Shown: piece after piece, positions 30,135 through 39,623 of the stretch | Numbering within the stretch: the stretch's first letter is position 1 | Layout: the number at the start of each line of letters is the position of its first letter | Origin: Bacillota bacterium | GTDB taxonomy: Bacteria > Bacillota > SHA-98 > Ch115 > JABLXJ01 | Direction: 5' to 3' | DNA length: 64,000 bases | Assembly: GCA_013178125.1 (NCBI GenBank) | Contig: JABLXJ010000008.1 | Coordinates: 78,305 to 142,304, forward strand | Program-made: the position numbers and the translations under genes | The notes under the pieces: generated by a model | Seen by the model: only the letters and a program-made list of their open reading frames with translations | Database searches by the model: none | What the model was told of the DNA's origin: nothing

Positions 30135-31415
30135 CTATTTCCTGGCAGCAGTCCTCTGCGTAGCAGTCCCCTGGATAGCAGACCTCTGCGCAGCGGACCT
30201 CTGCCGGATGTGCCGCTCAAATGCAGCCTCAAAAACCGGAATGCTCGCCCCCAGGAGGCGGGCGGACTCGCCCAGGCTCGAGATCTTCACCGGGACTCTC
30301 TCGTCCAGTATCGGCCGGAATTTGTTTATGGCGCGCCCTATTTCCTCGAAAAGCGGCTGCCCCTTCTCAATTATCTTGCCGCTCAGGAATATCACATCCG
30401 GATTCAGGATGCGGCTCAGATTCACGATGCCGGCAGCCAGGTAGCCAGCAACCTTCTGAATAGCCTCCATGGCAACGGCATCGCCCTGGCGCGCCGCCTG
30501 GGAGATTGCTGACACGGGAATCTTGCCCTCCTGGTCCCGCTCCGCGGTTGAGAGGACGCTATCTCTTCCTGCATTCAACATACCATCTACATACTCCACA
30601 AGCGCCTTCATGGAGGCGACGCGTTCCAGGCAACCACGGTTCCCACATTCACATTCCGGTCCATCCATATCTATCACGGTATGACCGATCTCGCCCGCCA
30701 CCCCGTCGGCCCCCCTGTGAATCCTGCCGTCGACCATGAGCCCGACGCCGATACCGTCAAATATATTGAGGTATAGAAGATTTTTGACGTCCGTCTTCTC
30801 GCCGAAGTAGTGCTCGCCAAGTATGGCCGCGGCGGTCTCCTTTGTGATGAAGACGGGATAGCTAAAGGCCTGGGTGAGCATGGTCTTGAGGGGGACATTC
30901 CGCCAGCCGAGCGGGTAGGAGACCAGTACCGTGCCCGTTTCGGGATCGGATATACCCGGCACCGCCACCCCGATCCCCAGGATCTGCTCCCTCATGGATA
31001 CCCGGGTCTTGATGAAGGTATCCAGGGCGCGGATCAAATCCAGCATCAGCGTGTTTTCACCGGGCTTGACGTGAAAATTCGCGCTGCTGATTATCCGGCC
31101 CGCCAGGTCCACCACCGCAACCTTGATATCCTTATCGCTCATATCAACGCAGATGCTGTATTTGCCCTCACCGTTGATATCATATAGGACCGCGCGACGC
31201 CCACCCGTTGACTTTCCGATGCCTTTTTCCTTTATGAAGCCCAGCGCGACCAGGTCCCTTATTATATTCGTCGCGCTCACCGTCGTAAGGCCCGTCATCC
31301 TCGCTATATCCGGCTTCGAGACCGGCCCGTACCGGCGCACGATATCGACCACGGCCGCCCTGTTTTCCCTGTAGACTGATTGAACATTCTTACCTGAATA
31401 GACTTTGCCGTCCAA
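30135..31415 (-). CDS. ROK family transcriptional regulator
   Basis: N-terminal wHTH, STGGRRA, GEIGH, CECGNRGCLE. Confidence 0.93.
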   Translation of the reverse strand: MDGKVYSGKNVQSVYRENRAAVVDIVRRYGPVSKPDIARMTGLTTVSATNIIRDLVALGFIKEKGIGKSTGGRRAVLYDINGEGKYSICVDMSDKDIKVAVVDLAGRIISSANFHVKPGENTLMLDLIRALDTFIKTRVSMREQILGIGVAVPGISDPETGTVLVSYPLGWRNVPLKTMLTQAFSYPVFITKETAAAILGEHYFGEKTDVKNLLYLNIFDGIGVGLMVDGRIHRGADGVAGEIGHTVIDMDGPECECGNRGCLERVASMKALVEYVDGMLNAGRDSVLSTAERDQEGKIPVSAISQAARQGDAVAMEAIQKVAGYLAAGIVNLSRILNPDVIFLSGKIIEKGQPLFEEIGRAINKFRPILDERVPVKISSLGESARLLGASIPVFEAAFERHIRQRSAAQRSAIQGTATQRTAARK

Positions 31416-31980
31416 GCCTGCGCACTTCTTCCCCTATTTTTAGGTGTTTTAAGTGTCCTAAGTGTCCTGAGCTCCCCTGCTTTGGTGCCTCGCGCTTTGG
31501 TGCCGCGCACTTCGGCTCTAGGTGCCCGGTGCCGCGCAGGTTCAAACCTACATGGGAATATTCGAAATGCGTTTACGAAGTAACGCGAGGGCACTGCTAT
31601 AGCCGCGTAGGCACCGTACGAACCCGAAGACCTGCAACTTCATACATTAAGAGAGCGGGACCACTCTGCGTCGAACCCACGTGAATCGGGCTGATGCATA
31701 TAAAAAGCCGGAATATGCAATGATCATGGGATATTACTTTGCAAAGACCTTTTATAATCTCTATTTCTAAGTGTTCTACATGCCTGGTGAATTTCCTGCT
31801 TCACTTAGAAAAAAAATCTCCCAGGTTGCCGGGAGGCCCGTGGGGGTTCGTAGATATGAGGTTCGCATTCGTAGATAGAGGTCCGCAGAGGAACATCATA
31901 CATCCCGGCAAATCAGCTCGCCTGGTAACCCTCGCCCGGCAGAATCATATGTTGCCAGGGCAACCTCCAGGGCTCTTAGT

Positions 31981-33228
31981 TCATCCCCCCTGTAGTTGCT
32001 GGGCAGAGGCTTTAATTCTTATGGCTTTCTCTTGATAAAATATATTTACAAAAATGATAGCAACCCCCAGAATCGGCAGGAGGGCCGTAGCGAGCGCAAT
32101 TCGCAACCCGAGATGGTCAGCCAGGGCCCCTATGATCCACGGGTAGACCATGCCGCCTATCGCGCCGGCGGCGATCAGGGCCCCAAAAGCGCTGCCAGTC
32201 ATGGCCCCGAATCTCCCGCCGGCATATGCAAGGATGGTGGGCCAGATCGGCGAATATGCGAGCCCGACAAGAAAGAAGGTTATGAGGGCAAGCCATGGCG
32301 CCCGAACGACGATGGCCAGGGCCAGCAGGGCAAAACCCGCAACTGCGCAGCAGAATACCAGGGCCGCCTCGGAGCAGTACCGCAACACAAAGCCCGCACT
32401 GAATCTCCCGATGATCATCGACCCCCAGAAGAGGGAAAGGGCCGAGCTTGCCAGGATCGCGCCTGCGGACAGGCTTGTTGCCATATACGTCGGGACCCAG
32501 CTTGCAACCCCCATCTCGGACCCAACGTAAAACGCCATGCCGAGCGCAAGCTTGAGAAAAAGCCTGTCGCCCCCCAGCTTCCGGAGCTTGTCCACGGTTA
32601 TAGGCTCATCAGATCCCGAAGCCCTCGGGAACACCTGCCTTGCGAGGGTTCCGAAGCATACAAGGGCCAGGACCGCGGTGGCTACGTACATCACACGCCA
32701 GCTCAGATTGCTCGCCACCAGGCTGCCCGCTATAAACGGCCCGAGGAGCGCGCCAAGCCCGAAGAAGACCTGCGACAGGTTGAGGAAGAACCCCTTCCTC
32801 TCAGGATTCAAGTCCGCTACCAGCGCGCTGACGGTGCCTTCAGTGATCCCGCACCCCATGCCGAGGACAAATGACGAAACGAGCATAAGCCCGAATGACG
32901 GTGAGAATCCGAACCCCAGGAGGCCGCAAGCCATGATGGCAAGGCCCAGGATTAGAACCCTGCGCCCGAGGATATCAGACATGATCCCGGAGAACACCAC
33001 CACGGCTGAAAAACCGAGGAAATAAATCAGGAATAGGGCGCCGAGCCTTGCCAGGCCGACCCGCAGGTCGCCATCGATACTTACGAGCGAGGCTGGTGTG
33101 ATGTTCGAAGCTATAGCCATCGTGACTACCGCGAAATACGACAAATAGGTAAGCTTCTGCGAATTATACAAAAAGATCACCGCTCCTCCAGGACTGCTCG
33201 CCCATCTCTGTGCGTCCATTATATTCAC
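31981..33228 (-). CDS. MFS transporter (fucose/TsgA-like)
   Basis: About 12 TM; SDILGRR motif A; FFGLGALLGP; YVGSEMG. Confidence 0.88.
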   Translation of the reverse strand: MNIMDAQRWASSPGGAVIFLYNSQKLTYLSYFAVVTMAIASNITPASLVSIDGDLRVGLARLGALFLIYFLGFSAVVVFSGIMSDILGRRVLILGLAIMACGLLGFGFSPSFGLMLVSSFVLGMGCGITEGTVSALVADLNPERKGFFLNLSQVFFGLGALLGPFIAGSLVASNLSWRVMYVATAVLALVCFGTLARQVFPRASGSDEPITVDKLRKLGGDRLFLKLALGMAFYVGSEMGVASWVPTYMATSLSAGAILASSALSLFWGSMIIGRFSAGFVLRYCSEAALVFCCAVAGFALLALAIVVRAPWLALITFFLVGLAYSPIWPTILAYAGGRFGAMTGSAFGALIAAGAIGGMVYPWIIGALADHLGLRIALATALLPILGVAIIFVNIFYQEKAIRIKASAQQLQGG

Positions 33229-33242
33229 ATATTTTCACATAT

Positions 33243-33500
33243 TCACGGCGCGACATCATAATAAGCAGGCGGATTCAAGACCGCCCTCCAGAAAACCTTG
33301 AGCCGGTCCCGGTAGAAGTCGTAACCAGAATCAAAGGGGCTGACCTCCGAGATATGCCTCTCACATCGCCTGCACACGAAATGACCCAGGATGGTGATCC
33401 CGCGCACCATCATTCTACCACATATGATGCATTTCCTTCGCTCCAGAATCCTGCCCCTGCGCCCGGTCACGTATCCCACCGCCCAGATAGCATCGTTCAT
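33243..33500 (-). CDS. csfB: Sigma-G inhibitor Gin/CsfB
   Basis: CIICG...GITILGHFVCRRCE...YDFYRDRLKVFW; upstream of the yaaO block as in Bacillota. Confidence 0.85.
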   Translation of the reverse strand: MNDAIWAVGYVTGRRGRILERRKCIICGRMMVRGITILGHFVCRRCERHISEVSPFDSGYDFYRDRLKVFWRAVLNPPAYYDVAP

Positions 33501-33664
33501 CTATAGAATTCCCGCCCTTTCGCCATATTCCTTCTTTGAACCTCTGCCCTGCTATTAAGGTATTCCCCGGTGTGAAGAAATGTGAGGCGTATTGTGAGGC
33601 ATATCGGAGGCATATTTTGGGCCCGGTCACCTCACCACCTCCCCGGTGACCTCGAGCGGTAATC

Positions 33665-35608
33665 TCAAGCATTTTCCCCCTCCGATTTCCCCGCTGTTTT
33701 CAGCCTGCGCCACAGGGTGGTCTGGCTGATCCCGAGAAGCGCCGCCGCCCTTCTCTTGCTCCCCCCGCACTCCTTTAGCGCCCTCTCGATAGCCTCCAGC
33801 TCCATCTCGCGGAGGCTTCTACAACCGCCCTCCTCACCCCCCTCACGGCGCCCATGCGACCCGGGGCATTCCTTGCTGGATAACATGGAATTCACGAGGC
33901 CGGGGGGCATACTCCCGTCCCCGGGGTCGGCCAGGGCTCCTATACGCTCCACGAAATTCTCCAGCTCCCGGATATTGCCAGGCCACCTGTAATTCAACAC
34001 GACCTCCATATCCTCAGGATCCAATTCCTTGAGGGGGTGGCCGAGCCGGAGCTCGCACTTTCTCATGAAGTATTCAAGACATGCCCGTATGTCTTCCTTA
34101 CCCCGTTCCCTTAGGGGTGGAAGCATGAGATTGAGGACGTCAAGGCGGTAGTATAAGTCCTTCCGGAAGTTACCTTCCTGAACAAGGGCCTCGAGATCCT
34201 TGTTCGTGGCCGCGATGATCCTTATATCCACAGGTATGACCCTATCATCCCCTAAACGTATGACCTCCTTTTCCTGGATGACCCTGAGGAACCTCGCCTG
34301 CACGCTCAGGGGCATCTCGCTGACCTCATCAAGGAATATGGTCCCCCGGTGAGCCAGCTCAAACAACCCCGCCTTCCCCTGCTTCCGCGCGCCCGTAAAC
34401 GCCCCCTCCACATAGCCGAAGAGCTCGCTCTCCAAGAGGCTTTCAGGCAGGGCCGCGCAATTCACCGCCACAAAAGGGCCATTAGCCCTCGGGCTTGCGT
34501 TGTGGATGGCCTGGGCGAACATCTCCTTGCCCGTGCCCGTTTCACCGCAAATCAGGATGGGGCTATCCATCTGGCTGTATCGCTTCGCCATTTCAACCAG
34601 CTGCGACATAGCACGGCTCGACCCGATGATATCCGAGAAATGAACCCTGGCGACAAGGCCCCGCGTCGCCAGCGCCTTTCGCGCCTTGGCCTCGAGGCCC
34701 TGGATCCGGCCTATATCAAGAAAATTTACCACGGCGCCAACAGGCCGTCCGTCAAGAACGATGGGGATACGATTAGTTATGACCTGGACCCCGCCAATAT
34801 TCCGTATCTTGCCAACCTCGGGCCCTGTCTTGAGAGCTAGGATATCTGTGCCGCGTAACTCCGGCATTACGAAGTCTATGGGTTTGCCAATGACATTGGA
34901 TGCCTTGAGGCGAGTTATCTGCTCAGCCATGGGGTTGAAGACGGTGATTATCCCGTTCTTATCGAGGGCGATGATCCCGTCATAGGCGAAATCCAGGATC
35001 GCGCGGATGTTCTCAGTCCGTTCCCGCTCCCGCTGCTTGACGGGGATGAGGCGCCAGGCCTCGAGAAGGGCGGCGGCGAGCGCCTCCTCCCCAGCCTTTA
35101 TCCTGAGCCCCTGAATGCCATAGGAGGCTGCAAGGGAGGTGACAGCAATGCCCCCGAGGAGAACCTCCACCCCAAGGTCCCGCATCCGTCGAATTGCGTC
35201 ATGAAGGGCCTTGGGCCTGTCCGAATCGAGGACATAGGCGCCCACGAACTTCATGCCCAGGAGAGGGGCCAGCATCGAGGCGCCCTTTACAACATTGGAC
35301 ATGTGTGCGACCCCGACCCTGTCGCTGACCGCCCTCGCGGCATTCAGGGCGCGGGCTATATCATAACCCGTTATCTCCACGTTTACGAGGGGGACATCTG
35401 AAACCTGCCGGGCGCGCCTCAGGCTGTAGCCCCACCTGCTGACCACAACCTCAATCCCTCTCTCACTGCATGTGGCCAAGAGCTTGAGCCGCTCCTCCCC
35501 TACGGCGACCACTATATCTACCCCGACGTCGATGCCCAGGGAATCCTCCAGTTTGCCAACCAGCTGTGCAGTCTCCTCCTCCGGCGCGATAAATAGAATC
35601 TTGCCCAA
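33665..35608 (-). CDS. sigma54-dependent activator, PrpR-like (PrpR_N, PAS, AAA+, Fis HTH)
   Basis: GETGTGKE, ESELFGYVEGAFTGA, FLDEV, WPGNIREL, LGISQTTLWRRL. Confidence 0.93.
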   Translation of the reverse strand: MGKILFIAPEEETAQLVGKLEDSLGIDVGVDIVVAVGEERLKLLATCSERGIEVVVSRWGYSLRRARQVSDVPLVNVEITGYDIARALNAARAVSDRVGVAHMSNVVKGASMLAPLLGMKFVGAYVLDSDRPKALHDAIRRMRDLGVEVLLGGIAVTSLAASYGIQGLRIKAGEEALAAALLEAWRLIPVKQRERERTENIRAILDFAYDGIIALDKNGIITVFNPMAEQITRLKASNVIGKPIDFVMPELRGTDILALKTGPEVGKIRNIGGVQVITNRIPIVLDGRPVGAVVNFLDIGRIQGLEAKARKALATRGLVARVHFSDIIGSSRAMSQLVEMAKRYSQMDSPILICGETGTGKEMFAQAIHNASPRANGPFVAVNCAALPESLLESELFGYVEGAFTGARKQGKAGLFELAHRGTIFLDEVSEMPLSVQARFLRVIQEKEVIRLGDDRVIPVDIRIIAATNKDLEALVQEGNFRKDLYYRLDVLNLMLPPLRERGKEDIRACLEYFMRKCELRLGHPLKELDPEDMEVVLNYRWPGNIRELENFVERIGALADPGDGSMPPGLVNSMLSSKECPGSHGRREGGEEGGCRSLREMELEAIERALKECGGSKRRAAALLGISQTTLWRRLKTAGKSEGENA

Positions 35609-35924
35609 TGCCCGGCTCCCTCCTCAATAATTAAGTACCAATGTAAGTAACTGTGTGATTACCAATGAATTTACCAATAGATTACGGATGCGCTTTTCAT
35701 TCTGAAATACGAGAGCCAATACCGACCTCCTGACGAGGCAATATTTGATCCAACGTTTCATTTTGTAAAGACCATGTTTCATTTTTTAATTCGACGTTGC
35801 CGTTTCCTCTCCTGCCGGGCGGCTCTGCTCCGGCCCCGGACCGCGCCTCGAAAATTAATTTATGGCCATATGCCTTGACCCTAAGGCATATGGCCTGTGC
35901 CCACGATGCTTTCCCCTGGTCTCC

Positions 35925-35940
35925 TGGCATCCATCTTGCT
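35925..35940 (+). promoter_or_regulatory. sigma54 -24/-12 promoter
   Basis: TGGCAT-CCATC-TTGCT matches TGGCAC-N5-TTGCW; divergent from the activator gene. Confidence 0.85.
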
Positions 35941-36025
35941 TCATGTGATGGATAAGACATTGAACATGTAAAATGTGTGGAACACCCCAGTAGTCGCCTG
36001 TAATCCTAAGGGCGAGTTTCGAAGA

Positions 36026-36173
36026 TTACCGCTGCTTTTCCAGGACTTACGGTGTTTGCGTGACGGGGCCTTTGAAATTTGGCAGGGCCCTCGCGCCAAA
36101 TTTCAACGGAGGCGCGCCGCAAGCGCGCCGTCCCCGGAGCGCAATACCGTAAGTCCTGGAACGTGCTGGTAAA
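36026..36173 (+). other. Highly structured branched element in the operon leader (cis-RNA or MITE-like)
   Basis: Perfect 16-bp stem TTCCAGGACTTACGGT (36038-36053) / ACCGTAAGTCCTGGAA (36146-36161) enclosing 12-bp and 7-bp hairpins. Confidence 0.6.
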
Positions 36174-36281
36174 CTGGCACAAATTAGGGAACCTGCACTT
36201 AGCATAACTGTAAACATCTCATCTCCACTATCATGGCACATCTCTATTACTGGCATCGACTATGTAAGGAGGTCTTTATCA

Positions 36282-37673
36282 ATGAACGGAAAAGTGCAGC
36301 TGCTGATCACCGGCGGGGATGTTTACACCCCATCGAGGCCAATCAAGGCCGATATCGTAGTGAAAGATGAGAAGATCGTTTCCCTTCAGGCCCCCGGGAC
36401 GTTCCAGGGGGAGGCGGAAAAGATCATCGATGCATCCGGGAAGTCCGTCATCCCGGGCCTGATCGATACCCACGCCCACTTCAGGGAGCCCGGCTTCACC
36501 CACAAGGAGGACTTCGAGACGGGCACACGGGCCGCCGCGGCGGGAGGCGTCACCCTCGCCGTTGACATGCCTAACACCAAGCCCACTACCAATTCGCCCG
36601 AGCGCTTCGAGGAGCACCGCAAGGCCTCCGAGCAGAAGGCAATAGTTGACTTCAACCACTGGCCGGGACCTCCCCATGACCTGGATCAGATCAAGGACCT
36701 GATGGACATGGGCGCAATAGGTATCAAGGTCTTCATGATGAAGGATACCAAGCGGGGTTATCCCCACATGCCCGAGCTGGGCATAACCGACGACGGTCAC
36801 CTCATGGAGATTATGAGGGCATGCCAGAAATACGGCGCGATTGTCGCAATTCACCCTCACAACCAGGAGCTCTGTGAGCATATCGAGAAACGGTATTTCT
36901 GGGAGAAGGGCCTCACGAGCCCTGGAGACTACGCCAAGGCATTGAGATGGGGCGACTCGATAATCTACGACACGGCCTTCGCCCTGCTCCTCCTCCTGGC
37001 GCGGTCAACAGGTGTCAAGCTGCACCTCCTGCACCTCAACACCTATCTCGGCGTCGAGATGGTGAGGCTTGCCACGCAGTATAACGTGAATGTGACGGCT
37101 GAGATCAACCCGCCGCACCTCTTTGTCACATGGAAGGACGTCCAGGAGAAGGGCCCTTATGTGCTGGGGACGTGGACGCCGCCCAAGGACCAGGAGGCCC
37201 TGTGGCGAGCATGCACGGAGGACCTGTTTACCGTCCTGCTTGCAACCGATCACGCGCCTCACGCGAAAGAGGAGAAGGAGATCGGCTGGCAGGATATGTG
37301 GAAGGCGCACGGCGGCGCCCCGTATATCCAGCATTATCTCTCGCTGCTCCTCACGGCGGCGAACGAGGGCAGGATAACAGTCGAGCGGATCGTCAAGCTC
37401 TGCTCGGAGACGCCTGCGAAGGTCTTCGGCTTCTACCCGCGCAAGGGGGTCATCCAGCCCGGCTCTGACGCCGACCTGGTAATCATCGACATGAATAAAA
37501 AGGAGGAAATAACCACAGATAGAATTTATAGTAAGTGCGGCTGGACTCCTTTCGAGGGATGGGAGGTAAAGGGCGTGCCCATCCAGACGATCGTGAGAGG
37601 CAAGGTAGTCATGGAGAACGGGGAGGTGATCGGCGAGCCCGGGCATGGGAAGTTCATTACGCCGCAGAGGTAG
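36282..37673 (+). CDS. Dihydroorotase/allantoinase-family cyclic amidohydrolase
   Basis: PGLIDTHAHFREPG, DMPNT, GIKVFM, TDHAPH, GSDADLV, SKCGWTPFEG. Confidence 0.9.
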   Translation: MNGKVQLLITGGDVYTPSRPIKADIVVKDEKIVSLQAPGTFQGEAEKIIDASGKSVIPGLIDTHAHFREPGFTHKEDFETGTRAAAAGGVTLAVDMPNTKPTTNSPERFEEHRKASEQKAIVDFNHWPGPPHDLDQIKDLMDMGAIGIKVFMMKDTKRGYPHMPELGITDDGHLMEIMRACQKYGAIVAIHPHNQELCEHIEKRYFWEKGLTSPGDYAKALRWGDSIIYDTAFALLLLLARSTGVKLHLLHLNTYLGVEMVRLATQYNVNVTAEINPPHLFVTWKDVQEKGPYVLGTWTPPKDQEALWRACTEDLFTVLLATDHAPHAKEEKEIGWQDMWKAHGGAPYIQHYLSLLLTAANEGRITVERIVKLCSETPAKVFGFYPRKGVIQPGSDADLVIIDMNKKEEITTDRIYSKCGWTPFEGWEVKGVPIQTIVRGKVVMENGEVIGEPGHGKFITPQR

Positions 37674-37782
37674 GCACAATTAAAATTATAGGTAGCAACT
37701 AAAGGTAGACGGGTAGATATCGATAAGTAATAGCCGGGTAATAGTAAACTGCAGGTAAGGAAGCAACTATAATTTACAGGGG

Positions 37783-38799
37783 GTGAGGAGTTTCATGATG
37801 AATAGGGGTTTGAAACGCCTGGCAAGCGGTTTGTTGATGGGGATAATGTTCCTATCCCTGTGCGTGGGGGTGGCCGCAGCCCAGGAGGAGAAGTTTCCGA
37901 CCAAGCCCATCCGCATGATTATAACGCATGATGTCGGCGGCAGCGTCGATATGGCGGCAAGGGGAATAATCCCTTACCTAGAGAAGTACCTCGGGGTGAA
38001 TATACAACCAGAGAATATGGTCGGCGCCGGCGGGCGGCGGGCGATGGAATATATGTTTAATCAGGCTCCCGCCGATGGTTATACAATCGTGGTGTCGGCC
38101 TTCCCATCCAGGCTGCTCGGTGAGCTGACCTATCCCCAGTCGAAATATAAGATGTCGGAGTTCGTCCACCTCGGAGCGTGGGTGGGCGGGGACTATCGAT
38201 CGATAATAGTGGCCAAATCATCGAAATTTAAGACATTTAACGACATCCTGAATGAATCCAAAAAGAGGAAGCTGACGGCCGCCGGTGGAGGGGGCCTCGG
38301 CTCCACGTCGCAGCTCCAGGCCGTCATGTTGAAGGATGTCGTTGGTCTGAATGCTGAGTTTATCCCCTTCGACAGCACGGCGGAGGTTGCCGCCGCAGTG
38401 CTCGGGAAACATGTGGACTTCGGTTTGATGCCCCTTTCGAGCTCCCTGCGGTATGCGAAAACGGGCGATGTGAGGATCGTGGCCGTCCACTCGCGCAAGA
38501 GGATGCCCGAATGTCCTGATGTGCCTACCATGGAGGAGCTGGGGTTCCCAGGCGTGGTAATTCCCTACGGTGTCGGCGCCTGGGCGCCTCCTAAGACCCC
38601 GGCCTCGAAGGCCAAAATCCTCGAGGAGGCGATCGTCAAGGCATCCAATGACCCGCAATTCAAGGCATGGGCTGAGAAGACCGATATGCTCCTCGAACCG
38701 CTTAATGCTGAGGAATTCTACAGGACGACGATGGATGATTATAAGAACATCCAAAAGGTCCTGCCTATGCTGATGAAGGCAGCGGGGACGAGCAAATAG
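37783..38799 (+). CDS. tctC: Tripartite tricarboxylate transporter substrate-binding protein TctC
   Basis: Signal peptide; FPTKPIRMI, GGSVD, GAGG, PADGYTI, PDVPTMEELG. Confidence 0.9.
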   Translation: MRSFMMNRGLKRLASGLLMGIMFLSLCVGVAAAQEEKFPTKPIRMIITHDVGGSVDMAARGIIPYLEKYLGVNIQPENMVGAGGRRAMEYMFNQAPADGYTIVVSAFPSRLLGELTYPQSKYKMSEFVHLGAWVGGDYRSIIVAKSSKFKTFNDILNESKKRKLTAAGGGGLGSTSQLQAVMLKDVVGLNAEFIPFDSTAEVAAAVLGKHVDFGLMPLSSSLRYAKTGDVRIVAVHSRKRMPECPDVPTMEELGFPGVVIPYGVGAWAPPKTPASKAKILEEAIVKASNDPQFKAWAEKTDMLLEPLNAEEFYRTTMDDYKNIQKVLPMLMKAAGTSK

Positions 38800-39014
38800 C
38801 ATCAAAAGCATCATACCTGCGAATTGCCGTTCATTAATCGCCGTTCATTGTCCGGCTTCAGTCTAAACAGGGGTAAGCCCGCTGCGACCTCGCTGCGACC
38901 TCAGGGTTGCCAGCGCAGGATGCGCCACCGGGGCCGCAGCGGGCTCCACACACTAAACTACACACCTATAATAGTGGGCTGGAGCTGATGTAAAAGACAC
39001 GAGGGGGCGAAGAT

Positions 39015-39488
39015 ATGTCAAAAAAGGCGACCTATACCTGGGTCGGCATCGCTGAGTGGTTATTTCCCCTTGTCCTGCTGGCATTCTGCCTCCTGCTCTT
39101 CTTTATGGGATTTAGATATCAACCAAGGACGAGGGAACTGCCTCAAATCATCGCAGCTATTACCGCGGCGATGCTGGTGGCACACCTGGCGCTCATACGC
39201 ATGGATCGCAGGGACGCAAAGACGGTGCCGATGCCGCGGGCCAATAAGGCGGCGTTGATTTACTCACTCCTGGCCGTACCTGTGTTTATCCTGATCCTCC
39301 ATTTCCTGGGCTTCATTATCGCTTCTCTGGTCCTGGTAGCGGCCCTCACATATATTCTCGGGATGCGCCGCACCCCGGTGCTTGTCGCTGTGCCAATCGG
39401 CGCCACGCTTTTTCTATATGCGGTCTTTGGGATGCTCCTCGGTGTCCCGCTGCCGCGTGGGCTGATATTCCAGTTACTTTTCCATTAA
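39015..39488 (+). CDS. tctB: Tripartite tricarboxylate transporter TctB
   Basis: 4-5 TM segments; LGFIIAS; C-terminal LGVPLPRG. Confidence 0.88.
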   Translation: MSKKATYTWVGIAEWLFPLVLLAFCLLLFFMGFRYQPRTRELPQIIAAITAAMLVAHLALIRMDRRDAKTVPMPRANKAALIYSLLAVPVFILILHFLGFIIASLVLVAALTYILGMRRTPVLVAVPIGATLFLYAVFGMLLGVPLPRGLIFQLLFH

Positions 39489-39623
39489 TACCTGGGCCAG
39501 GATAAGACCGCTACCGCTAAAGCGCGTAGATATAAATAAACGCGATATATGCGGTATAGAGGTCCTTCTCGAATTAAAAACCCCTTTCTGAATCTCTAAA
39601 AACCCCGAAAGGAGTGAGGTCCC

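Noticed and set aside
36174-36260. Additional sigma54 promoters (TGGCAC and TGGCAT hexamers)
   Set aside because: They lack a correctly spaced TTGC -12 element; the 35925-35940 site fits fully.
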